Shown here: positions 27,253-35,797 of the stretch, piece after piece
Numbering within the stretch: the first letter of the stretch is position 1
How the letters are laid out: the number at the start of each line of letters is the position of its first letter
DNA from: Aquificales bacterium
GTDB lineage: Bacteria > Aquificota > Aquificia > Aquificales > QOAS01
Direction of reading: 5' to 3'
Assembly: GCA_012962155.1 (NCBI GenBank)
Contig: DTXZ01000093.1
Location: 1 to 43,822, forward strand
DNA length: 43,822 nt
The notes under the pieces: model-generated
Database searches by the model: none
The model's input: only the letters and a program-made list of their open reading frames with translations
What the model was told of the DNA's origin: nothing
Program-made: the position numbers and the translations under genes

Positions 27253-27522
27253 ATGACCCCCGATTTTGTGGTTTCCATAGGACAAAAAACCACCCTTCTA
27301 ATCTTGTATTTAACTATGCCCGTTTTACTTTCCGCCTTTGCGGTGGGGCTGGTGATATCTATTCTTCAGGCGGCAACCCAAATTCAGGAAATGACCTTGG
27401 CCTTTATTCCCAAAATTATTGCGGTTATTCTCACCCTCTTTCTCCTCGGTGGGTGGATGCTCGGCAAACTCCTCCTTTTTACCGAGGAGATTTTTAACCT
27501 TATCCCCCAAGTCCTCGGTTAA
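27253..27522 (+). CDS. fliQ: Flagellar biosynthesis (type III export) protein FliQ
   Basis: An 89-aa, two-TM protein with the VISILQAATQIQE.TL.FIPK core typical of FliQ/SctS. Confidence 0.88.
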   Translation: MTPDFVVSIGQKTTLLILYLTMPVLLSAFAVGLVISILQAATQIQEMTLAFIPKIIAVILTLFLLGGWMLGKLLLFTEEIFNLIPQVLG

Positions 27523-27534
27523 TTTAAATTCTTT

Positions 27535-28641
27535 ATGTCTTCTAATTCAAAACTGGTAATTCCTTACGGGGAACTTTTGGAGTTTTTAAAGAAGGAAGAT
27601 ACCGGTGGAGAGTTGGTTTTTGAAACCTTGGTTCCCGCCTTTAGGTCTTTTGATATTCAAAGAGATGTAGACCTTATAGAGGAAATTTTGAGAATTTACG
27701 GCTACACCGAGGTTGCGGAAAAAAGACCAAGCCTTCCCCTTAATACCGAAATAGCCAAACCCTTTGAGGAAAAAATAAGAAACCTTCTAACCGCCCGAGG
27801 GCTCACCGAAGTTATAACCTTTCCCTGGTTGGAAAAAAGCCTTTTGGAAGTTTTCCGCATAGATAGCCAATGGGAAATTGTAAATCCCCTAAATGAGGAG
27901 CAAAGGTTTTTAAGAACTTCTTTAGTTCCTTCCTTGGTAAAGGTTTTAAAGTTCAATCAAAACAACTTCAACCGCGACGTTGCCATTTTTGAACTGGGCA
28001 AAGTGTATTACAGGAAAGGGGAAATTCCAACCCTCGGCCTTTTGGCGGTGGGAAGGCTGACCAACCACTTCGGAAACAACCTTGAGTGGAACTTTTTAAC
28101 CTTTAAGGGAATAATCCAAACCCTTTTGGAAAAATTGGGGGTGCAAGAATTTAAAGTTGAACCCGAAAAAAGGGAATACATGCACCCCTACCTCTGTGCG
28201 GGAATAAAGGTAGGAGACACCTACCTAGGGTATTTCGGAAAACTTCACCCCGAAGTGGTGCAAAAGTTGGAATTGTCCTCCATCCCCTTTGTGGCGGAAA
28301 TAGATTTAGAAAAACTTAAAAAGGTCTCTAAAAAACCCCTCTACAGGGCAATTTCAAAGTTTCCCCCCGTAAGGAGGGACTTTGCCTTTGTCTTTGAAGA
28401 GAGCAAAGGGAGGACGGAGGAGATTCTTGAAACCGCCAAGGAGGTTTTCGGTAACCTTTTAGAGAGCGTTTACGTTTTTGACATCTACAGGGGAGAGCGG
28501 ATAGGTGAAGGAAAAATCTCCGTTGCCGTGAGGGTAATCTTGCGTCACCCCGAAAAAAGCCTTTCCGACGAAGAGGTAAACCGACTTTCCGATAAGTTCG
28601 TTGGCAAAATGGCTGGAAAAGGCTTTTCGCTTAGGTCTTAG
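27535..28641 (+). CDS. pheT: Phenylalanine--tRNA ligase beta subunit, C-terminal half only (B5 to B8 domains)
   Basis: B5 signature RSFDIQRDVDLIEEILRIYGY, the catalytic-like B6/B7 region and a C-terminal FDX-ACB domain (FPPVRRDFAFV...VFDIYRGE.IGEGK.S.A.R). It has 368 aa where a full beta subunit typically has nearly 800. No N-terminal B1-B4 coding sequence lies upstream. Confidence 0.8.
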   Translation: MSSNSKLVIPYGELLEFLKKEDTGGELVFETLVPAFRSFDIQRDVDLIEEILRIYGYTEVAEKRPSLPLNTEIAKPFEEKIRNLLTARGLTEVITFPWLEKSLLEVFRIDSQWEIVNPLNEEQRFLRTSLVPSLVKVLKFNQNNFNRDVAIFELGKVYYRKGEIPTLGLLAVGRLTNHFGNNLEWNFLTFKGIIQTLLEKLGVQEFKVEPEKREYMHPYLCAGIKVGDTYLGYFGKLHPEVVQKLELSSIPFVAEIDLEKLKKVSKKPLYRAISKFPPVRRDFAFVFEESKGRTEEILETAKEVFGNLLESVYVFDIYRGERIGEGKISVAVRVILRHPEKSLSDEEVNRLSDKFVGKMAGKGFSLRS

Positions 28642-28710
28642 TTCGCCAATTTTTTTTGAAGTTTTATTAAACTTTAATATGTAGAGTTTTCCGAAAGGAG
28701 GTCGGTGCAA

Positions 28711-29217
28711 ATGATTATTTCCGAAATAGACCTTTACGAAAAATTAAAAGAGAAACTCGGCGAGGAAGAGAGTAAAGAGTTGGTTGAGTTTTTAAAACAA
28801 CAGGCTCAAAGCGAAGTTAGACTCTTAGCGGAAGAGATACTCCAAAAAATAGATAGCGCGCTAAACGAAATGAAAAGACTAGAAGAAAACTCCATTCTCC
28901 AGGTAAAGGAAATAGTAGCCAACGCGATAAACGAGGCGGTTGAAAAGGTAGGTAAAGAGATGGACGGAAAAATCGGCGAGATACAAACAAAACTATCCAA
29001 GTTGGATACTATAGTGGAAAAATTGGACAGCGTGGAAGGTAAGATAAGCGATATAGCCAATAAAGTAGACCAAATTAACGGCAAAACCGGTGGGGTTAAG
29101 GGATTGATGTTTTTCTTGTGGCTACTTTTGGTGGGAACGGTTATCTTTAACATATTGCTCAATATCCCTCAAACTAGGGAGGCCATACTGAAGGCTATAA
29201 GCGGTGGAGCCCACTAA
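28711..29217 (+). CDS. Hypothetical coiled-coil protein with a C-terminal TM anchor
   Basis: AAGGAGG RBS lies 9 nt upstream of ATG 28711. Heptad-rich region KLSKLDTIVEKLDSVEGKISDIANKVDQINGK, then TM LMFFLWLLLVGTVIFNILL. Confidence 0.6.
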   Translation: MIISEIDLYEKLKEKLGEEESKELVEFLKQQAQSEVRLLAEEILQKIDSALNEMKRLEENSILQVKEIVANAINEAVEKVGKEMDGKIGEIQTKLSKLDTIVEKLDSVEGKISDIANKVDQINGKTGGVKGLMFFLWLLLVGTVIFNILLNIPQTREAILKAISGGAH

Positions 29218-30062
29218 AAGAGCCGTTTTAAAGCTTCCCACACCCTTTTTCCCTTTTTGAAAAGGAAAGGATTTTCCACAAATAGGGAGAAGATTAACCT
29301 CCTTCCAATCCCCTTTTTGTTAAACCTCAATAGTTGAACCGCAAGGTGGTATTTGAGTAAAGGTTTAAATTCATCGGGAGTTTTTTTTAAGTAATCTTTG
29401 TAAACCCTAAGGGTTGCCTGTAAAAACCTTTTGTTTCCTCTGCTGGTTCTGAGGGAGTGTTCCCTTATTGCATATTCGTGGGAGGGAATAAAGGCTACCT
29501 TCTCCCCCGCAAGGTAAAAACGGAGAAAAATTTCCCAATCCTCCCGCATTAGGTATTTTTGAAGATATCCACCCAAACGGAGGAAGGTTTCCCTATTAAA
29601 ACAACTACCGCTGGGGTAACCAACCCTTCCCTCAAAAAGGAGGGTTTCAAAGCCATCCTGTGGCGGTTTCTTCTTTCTCGTTATTTTTCCTTCGGAGTTT
29701 ACAAAAACTTTGGGCAAACCGAAAACGGCGGAGTGGCCCCCGTTTATCGCCTCAAAGGTTTTTTCCAAATATCTTTCTAGCCAAAGGTCGTCGCAATCCA
29801 AAAAACAGACAAAGTCACCCTTTGCCAGTTTTACACCCAAGTTTCTGCTTTTGCACCTTTCAAAGTTCTGTTTGTTTCTTACCACCCTGAGGGTGGGGTA
29901 TTTTTTACCCCACCGTTGAAGGAGTGGGTAAGTTCGGTCGGTTGAGGCGTCATCGATAACTATAACCTCTTTTGGGCTGTAGGTTTGAGAGAAAACCGAG
30001 TGGAGGGATTTTTCAATAAACCTTTTGCAGTTAAAGGCGGTTATAACTACCGAAAATTCCAT
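29214..30062 (-). CDS. Family 2 glycosyltransferase
   Basis: SVVITAFNC..FI..SL.SV.SQTY...EVIVIDDASTD.T and a DCDD motif. Confidence 0.85.
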   Translation of the reverse strand: MEFSVVITAFNCKRFIEKSLHSVFSQTYSPKEVIVIDDASTDRTYPLLQRWGKKYPTLRVVRNKQNFERCKSRNLGVKLAKGDFVCFLDCDDLWLERYLEKTFEAINGGHSAVFGLPKVFVNSEGKITRKKKPPQDGFETLLFEGRVGYPSGSCFNRETFLRLGGYLQKYLMREDWEIFLRFYLAGEKVAFIPSHEYAIREHSLRTSRGNKRFLQATLRVYKDYLKKTPDEFKPLLKYHLAVQLLRFNKKGIGRRLIFSLFVENPFLFKKGKRVWEALKRLF

Positions 30063-30103
30063 TAAGCCTTTCTCCAGCCTGTTTTTAAAAATACTCTACC
30101 TCT

Positions 30104-30781
30104 ATGCGAAGGCTTTGCGTTGCTTTGGACACCCATTTGGAGCAAGCTTTAAGATTGGTTGAACTCCTAAAGGGTTACCCCCTTATTTACAAAATAGGTT
30201 ACAAGCTGTTTGTTTCCAACGGGGTTGAAGTTATCCGTAAGGTGAGGGATATAGACCCTTCCGCCGAACTCTTTTTGGATTTAAAACTGCACGATATACC
30301 CAACTCCGTTAGAAACGGAGTTATTTCCGCTACCAATTTGGGGGTTGATTACTTAACACTCCACACCTTGGGCGGAAGTGAGATGATAAAGCGGGCAAGT
30401 GAGGTTAAGGGCACCTTAAAACTTTTGGGGGTAACTTTGCTTACCTCCCACGGTGAGGAGTATCTAAAGGAGTTGGGTATTTCCCTATCTAAGGAGGAGT
30501 TGATTTTAAAGTTGGCTCAAATAGGTTTGAAAAACGGTTGCGACGGTTTGGTTTGCTCCGCCCACGAGGTAGCCTATTTAAAGGAAACACTTGGAAACTT
30601 CATAGCGGTGGTTCCGGGAATAAGACCCTATAAGGTGGAAGGCGACGACCAAAGGAGAATCGCCCTACCCGAAGAGGCGGTAGAAAGGGGTGCCGACATT
30701 ATAGTGGTTGGAAGACCTATTTTAAAAGCTGATGAACCACGAAAGGTGATTGAAGATATTTTAAAAAGGACTGGCCAATAA
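30104..30781 (+). CDS. pyrF: Orotidine 5'-phosphate decarboxylase
   Basis: VALD, YKIGY.LF, DLKLHDIPNSV and VVGRPI motifs. Confidence 0.9.
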   Translation: MRRLCVALDTHLEQALRLVELLKGYPLIYKIGYKLFVSNGVEVIRKVRDIDPSAELFLDLKLHDIPNSVRNGVISATNLGVDYLTLHTLGGSEMIKRASEVKGTLKLLGVTLLTSHGEEYLKELGISLSKEELILKLAQIGLKNGCDGLVCSAHEVAYLKETLGNFIAVVPGIRPYKVEGDDQRRIALPEEAVERGADIIVVGRPILKADEPRKVIEDILKRTGQ

Positions 30782-30811
30782 AGGTGACTGTCATAGAACA
30801 GCTTTTGGTGA

Positions 30812-31768
30812 ATGTCTATATTCCTTAGCACTATGATGGAATACATCAAGGCTTTAAACCTTTACGTGGATTGGGAAAAAGGAAAACTTTACCGTAAGAA
30901 GGAAAAGGGCTTTTTGGACAACCTATTGGGTATATTCGGAAAAACTCAGGAAGAAAGCGATTACGAAGAGGTAAGCTCTCCCGAACTGGAAAGGAAGGTA
31001 AAGAGTTACAAACTTTACGAGCTTTACATTCTGGCCAAAAAGGCGGGAAAAACCGAATTTAAGGAAAACCTAAACGGTCAGGAGGTTGCCGTAAAGATAG
31101 AACCCCAAAAGGTAACGGTAGAAACCCCTTCGGTGGTAATGGAATACACCCCCGATAAGTTTGTTTTAAAGGATAAAAACAGTGGACAGGTGCAGGAAAA
31201 AGTTCCCACCCTTCAAGAGTTTTACCAAATGTATAAGGAGATAAGAAAGCTTTTGGCGGCGGGTAACATAGAGCAATACCTAAGTCTAAAGGCGAGGGAA
31301 CCCCAGTTTAAGCAGGCTTACCTCCAAAATGAATCTATAGCCTCGGGTCAAAGCCCTTCGGGAGGAGGTTTTTCTTGGGGTAGTGCCCTTTTAGGTCTGG
31401 GTGGAGGACTGCTTTTGGGATATCTCTTAGGTTCGGCATTGGGTTCCGCTTTTGCGGAGGAGGTTCAAAATGCCCCCGAGCTACCCCCCGAGGAGCAATC
31501 CCAAATTGAAGAGCAGGTTTCCACCGTTCCCGAAGAGGTAGTTCAGGAGGTTGAGAAAACCGTTGCGGTGGAAGATGTTGGAAGTGAAGGGCTTCCAACG
31601 GAGGAGTTTTCCGATATGGATACCCCCGAGGGAGGAGATTACTTTACCCAATTGGACGAAGAGGTTTTAGACGGGGAGAAAGGGCTATTTGCGGAAGCCG
31701 ATGGTTTTGGAGGGGAAGAGGACTTAGGCGGTTTTGACGACATGGGCGGGGACGATTTTGAAGTTTAA
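30812..31768 (+). CDS. Hypothetical protein with a Gly-zipper TM segment and a poly-acidic C-terminal tail
   Basis: Central GGGFSWGSALLGLGGGLLLGYLLGSALGSAFA, then a ~100-aa Glu/Asp-rich tail ending GGEEDLGGFDDMGGDDFEV. The start is ambiguous (ATG at 30812, 30833 or 30836). Confidence 0.55.
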   Translation: MSIFLSTMMEYIKALNLYVDWEKGKLYRKKEKGFLDNLLGIFGKTQEESDYEEVSSPELERKVKSYKLYELYILAKKAGKTEFKENLNGQEVAVKIEPQKVTVETPSVVMEYTPDKFVLKDKNSGQVQEKVPTLQEFYQMYKEIRKLLAAGNIEQYLSLKAREPQFKQAYLQNESIASGQSPSGGGFSWGSALLGLGGGLLLGYLLGSALGSAFAEEVQNAPELPPEEQSQIEEQVSTVPEEVVQEVEKTVAVEDVGSEGLPTEEFSDMDTPEGGDYFTQLDEEVLDGEKGLFAEADGFGGEEDLGGFDDMGGDDFEV

Positions 31769-32919
31769 AATCCTACCATTTTTTTGACCTTTTCTATTAC
31801 CTCTTTATGGGATAGGGGAGTTCTAAAACCTTCACCGCTAAAGTGGGTGGGAACGGCCTTCAACTTTTTAAAAAGTTCCCTTTTGGAGGGTAAGGAGGGT
31901 AGTTTAAAAGCCTTACCCAATGCGGAAGAGGTATAAAATCCAACCGTTTGGAGTTGGCTCTCTTGGAGAACAACCTTTAGCAGTTTCTTAGTTTCCTCCG
32001 AGACGGGAAGGTTGGCGGTTTCCTTTGCCATCTCTTCCACATAGGAGGTATTCCATAGGTTTCCTATCCAAAGGGGGCCCGCCCAATCCAATACGTGACC
32101 GCAAAAGGGACACCTTAAATCCAAACTCCTAAAGTCGGTAAAGGGCAAAGTTGTCCTATAGAGACATTTGTGGCAGTAGAGCAGGTAACCTACCGAGGTT
32201 TTAAAAACCTCGTCCGTCCTCTTTGCGCCCCTGTACCTTTTTACAAAAACCCTAAAGTGGTGTTTGTAGGAGTAGGAGAATAAAACCTCTATAGGTATGT
32301 CGTATTGGAAAAAGACCTCCGCAATTTTCTTTATCAAAATCCTTAAACCGACCTCGTGGTAAAACTCATTCTCTATAGGTTTGGCAAAATAGCGCCTTAA
32401 ACAGGTTTTGGGATAGGTGGCGCTTAGGGGTGCGGTGTCGGTGGCGGTAAAGCCGGCCACACCCTTGTGGGCCAAGCTTTTGGCTACCGCATCTAAAAAG
32501 TCCACCGGTGAACCAAAGGGGTCTATATCTATGTAATCGTAGTATTTAGTCTTAAGGAGGAAAACCTCGGCGGTTTCGTTGTAAAGTTCCACCTTTGAAG
32601 GGTCTATTCGGTTAATCTCTAAGTTGTGTTTGGCAAAATCCAACGCCTTCTCGGAGAGGTCGTTTATAAATACCTTCTCTACATTGGGAACTTCTTTAAT
32701 AATCCTTATAGCCCTTATTGCGGAGGCGGTTAAAGGGTCTGCAACCTTTATAGGTCTATCCTTTTCCCTTACAAACACCCTAAGGAGTAAAACGGTTAAA
32801 TCTCGGCTGATTGCCATAACGGGGTTGTAAAAAACCTCATTTTTTTCGGTTATGTGGTTTAAAACCTTTTGGGGAACTTCCAAAATTGCCAAACCTTCCT
32901 TTACCTTGGTAAGGGACAT
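31765..32919 (-). CDS. trm1: tRNA (guanine-N2-)-dimethyltransferase, Trm1 family
   Basis: Trm1 blocks FYNP.M...RDL, DPFGSP..FLD.A, TATD...L.....K.CLRRY and a C-terminal Cys4 cluster (CHKC...CPFCG). Confidence 0.85.
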   Translation of the reverse strand: MSLTKVKEGLAILEVPQKVLNHITEKNEVFYNPVMAISRDLTVLLLRVFVREKDRPIKVADPLTASAIRAIRIIKEVPNVEKVFINDLSEKALDFAKHNLEINRIDPSKVELYNETAEVFLLKTKYYDYIDIDPFGSPVDFLDAVAKSLAHKGVAGFTATDTAPLSATYPKTCLRRYFAKPIENEFYHEVGLRILIKKIAEVFFQYDIPIEVLFSYSYKHHFRVFVKRYRGAKRTDEVFKTSVGYLLYCHKCLYRTTLPFTDFRSLDLRCPFCGHVLDWAGPLWIGNLWNTSYVEEMAKETANLPVSEETKKLLKVVLQESQLQTVGFYTSSALGKAFKLPSLPSKRELFKKLKAVPTHFSGEGFRTPLSHKEVIEKVKKMVGF

Positions 32920-32953
32920 AAAGAGAAAAGGTTAAAGAGAGAGGGAGAAAGCT

Positions 32954-34678
32954 TTAACCCTCGGGTCTCATAGCGGGAAAGAGTATAACCTCCCTTATGG
33001 AGTTGACACCGGCAAAGAGCATAGCCAAGCGGTCAATTCCAATACCCTCTCCGCCGGTGGGAGGAAGTCCGTATTCCAAAGCCCTTATAAAGTCTTTATC
33101 CATTTCCATAGCCTCGTCGTCGCCCGCCTGTTTTTCCTTCAGTTGGTCAAGAAAACGCTCCTCCTGTTCTTTGGGGTCGTTTAGCTCGGTGTAGGCGTTG
33201 GCAACCTCCATTTTACCGATAATCAGCTCAAACCGTTCAACCAAGTCGGGGTCTTCGCGGTGGGTTTTCGCCAATGGGGAGAGGATTTTGGGAAAGTCTA
33301 TAACGAAAGTGGGTTGCACGAGCTTAGGTTCGGCAACCTTTTCGAATATTTTGTCTATAAGCTTTGCCCTAGTTAAGGCTTCGGGATTTTTAACCTCCAG
33401 CTCCCTCGCCAGTTTTACAAGTTCCTCTTTTTCCGCCTTTAGGAAGAAATCCTTATCTTTACCCGTTCCCTCCTTTAGGAGATCAAAGTATTTTACAACC
33501 CTAAAGGGGGGTTTTAAGTCTATTTCCATTCCTTCAAAGGTGACCTTGCTTTTCCCTCCCAAAACGGTGTTTATGAGATACTCAAAAAGCCTTTCGGTGA
33601 ACTTTATCAGATCTTTGTAATCCCAATAGGCGGCGTAAAATTCCATCATTGTAAATTCGGGGTTGTGGGTTGTGTCTACCCCCTCGTTTCGGAAGTTTTT
33701 ACCTATTTCAAACACCTTGGGGTATCCACCCACTATAAGCCTTTTAAGGTAAAGCTCGGGTGCTATCCTTAGATATAAGTCCATGTCGAGGTAGTTGTGG
33801 TGGGTGATAAAAGGTTTGGCGTTGGCGCCGCTGGCTATAGGTTGCAAAATGGGGGTTTCAACTTCCAGGAAACCTTTTTCGGTCATGAATTTGCGTATTT
33901 CCGCCAAAAGTTTACTCCTCATTAGGAAAATCTTTCTCGCGTTGGGGTTGGCTATTAAATCCAAATACCTCTGGCGGTATCTCACTTCAACGTCCTTTAT
34001 ACCGTGCCACTTTTCGGGCAAAGGATGGAGACACTTGGACAGGAGTTTAAGCTCCTTAACCTCTACGGTAAGTTCCCCCGTTTGGGTTCTAAAGAGATTT
34101 CCTTTTATACCTACGATGTCTCCGAGGTCTATAAATTCCTTTATAAGTTTGAAATTTTCCTTCCCTACGTTGTCCCTCTTTATGTAAATTTGAATTTTCC
34201 CCAAGAGGTCTTGAATATGTCCGAAAATTGCTTTTCCCATAGGTCTCCACGCTACGAGTCTTCCGGCTAGGGAAACCTCCTCCCCTTTGGGGTCAAAGTC
34301 GTAGGCTTTCTTTATCTCCTCAATAGTGGTGGTAGGTTTTTCATCCACCACTTTGGCGTTTATTACCGTTAACTTCCCCTCGTGACGGACTAGGTTGCCT
34401 TTGAAGGTGTATTCCAAACCGCTTTGTAATCCCTCCTCCTCGGTAAGGGCTAAAATTTCCAAACCGCTTTCGTCGGTAAGCCTTAAAAGTTTTTTACCCT
34501 CGTAGTTGGAAATCCTCTTTATTTTAGTCTTTAAAACAACCTCTTCCCCTTGGGGCTCCTTTTCATACTTCTCCCTTATATTGTGGATTTCGTGGGTAAC
34601 TTCAAACTTGTGGGGATAGGGCTCTATTCCCAACTCCCTCAGTTTCCTAACTTTCTCGCGCCTGATTTGTTCCTCCAT
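32954..34678 (-). CDS. lysS: Lysine--tRNA ligase, class II, with an N-terminal insertion
   Basis: Class II motifs FLEVETP, FRNEG.D..HNPEFT..E.Y and GG.G.GIDRL.M. It has 574 aa where typical bacterial LysS has about 500. Confidence 0.92.
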   Translation of the reverse strand: MEEQIRREKVRKLRELGIEPYPHKFEVTHEIHNIREKYEKEPQGEEVVLKTKIKRISNYEGKKLLRLTDESGLEILALTEEEGLQSGLEYTFKGNLVRHEGKLTVINAKVVDEKPTTTIEEIKKAYDFDPKGEEVSLAGRLVAWRPMGKAIFGHIQDLLGKIQIYIKRDNVGKENFKLIKEFIDLGDIVGIKGNLFRTQTGELTVEVKELKLLSKCLHPLPEKWHGIKDVEVRYRQRYLDLIANPNARKIFLMRSKLLAEIRKFMTEKGFLEVETPILQPIASGANAKPFITHHNYLDMDLYLRIAPELYLKRLIVGGYPKVFEIGKNFRNEGVDTTHNPEFTMMEFYAAYWDYKDLIKFTERLFEYLINTVLGGKSKVTFEGMEIDLKPPFRVVKYFDLLKEGTGKDKDFFLKAEKEELVKLARELEVKNPEALTRAKLIDKIFEKVAEPKLVQPTFVIDFPKILSPLAKTHREDPDLVERFELIIGKMEVANAYTELNDPKEQEERFLDQLKEKQAGDDEAMEMDKDFIRALEYGLPPTGGEGIGIDRLAMLFAGVNSIREVILFPAMRPEG

Positions 34679-34761
34679 AAGAGATAAAAAGTTTAAAGTT
34701 TGGGTGTTTTTTGGATTTTAGGACCTATAGCGAAGCCAAAAGCCGTAAAAATACTTTAAAA

Positions 34762-35733
34762 ATGTTCACCGTCGGACACGAAAGGCAAAAGCGATTTCTA
34801 CAAAAGGCGTTTCTCAGCGGTAGAATTCCCTCCGCCTTTGCCTTTATAGGTAAGGAAGGTATAGGGAAAAAACTTTTAGCGTTGGAATTTGCCAAGGGAC
34901 TTCTCTGCGGGAAAGAACCCTTCGGGTGTGGGGAATGTAAAACCTGCAAACAGGTGGACAAATTTATAAAAGACCTCCGCGGAGGTGAAATAGAAACTTA
35001 CGCTTACTACACCTCCGATGAAGGGGGAAAGAAACACCTTTCCTACCTTATTGGGGAACATCCCGATCTTGCGGTGGTTATCCCCGACGGGAATCAGATA
35101 AAAATAGACCAAATAAGGGATATTCAAGATTTCGTATTTTTAAAACCCCTTGGGAGTTCCAAGGTTGTGGTTATAGACGACGCGGGGAAAATGAACCCCC
35201 AAGCCCAAAATGCGTTACTTAAAACCTTGGAGGAACCCCCTGAAGGAGTCCTTTTTATCCTGATTTCCACCCTAAAGGGTGAACTGCTTCCCACAATCCT
35301 TTCCAGGTGTCAGGTATTGGAATTTAAAGCCCTAAGAGGTAGCCAAGTAGAGGAAATTCTTTTGAGGTTAAAGGTTACCGTTCCCAAAGCGTTGAAAGAA
35401 GTCCTTTTGGCGGAGGGAAGCCTTTCCGCCCTGAAACTGGCACAAGAAGAAGAAATATCCCAACTTTTTACCAAATTGGAAAACGTAAAAAACCTAACCT
35501 TTGCCGAGATTATTGACCTTGCGGAAAACTTTGAGGGTATGGAAACCGAAGTTAAGGAAACCTTTTTGGAACTTTTGGAAAAGTTTCTTGCGAAAAAAAC
35601 GATTAAGGGAGAAATCCCTTTGGAAACCTACGAGAGGGTGGAAAGGCTTATAGCGGAAACCAAAAGGGGACTAAAGAGGGGAGTAAAGGGGAAACTGGCG
35701 ATGGAAAATATCCTTTTAACCTTTAAGGAGTAG
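34762..35733 (+). CDS. holB: DNA polymerase III subunit delta'
   Basis: AF.F.G.EGIGK, zinc module CG.C..C, NALLKTLEEPP and SRCQVLEF. The ORF opens at TTG 34711; the ATG at 34762 is preferred. Confidence 0.85.
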   Translation: MFTVGHERQKRFLQKAFLSGRIPSAFAFIGKEGIGKKLLALEFAKGLLCGKEPFGCGECKTCKQVDKFIKDLRGGEIETYAYYTSDEGGKKHLSYLIGEHPDLAVVIPDGNQIKIDQIRDIQDFVFLKPLGSSKVVVIDDAGKMNPQAQNALLKTLEEPPEGVLFILISTLKGELLPTILSRCQVLEFKALRGSQVEEILLRLKVTVPKALKEVLLAEGSLSALKLAQEEEISQLFTKLENVKNLTFAEIIDLAENFEGMETEVKETFLELLEKFLAKKTIKGEIPLETYERVERLIAETKRGLKRGVKGKLAMENILLTFKE

Positions 35734-35797
35734 CAGCCTTAACTTCCCTACCTCGTTTGATTTAAAAGTTTTTCCTCTATCAAAATTAAAACCTTTA

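Noticed and set aside
27535-28641. Truncated pheT considered as a pseudogene.
   Set aside because: The frame is uninterrupted for 368 codons and all recognisable motifs of the B5-B8 domains are intact. The ORF starts at a domain boundary with an ATG and is tightly packed with its neighbours. It is therefore kept as a CDS and reported as a finding instead.
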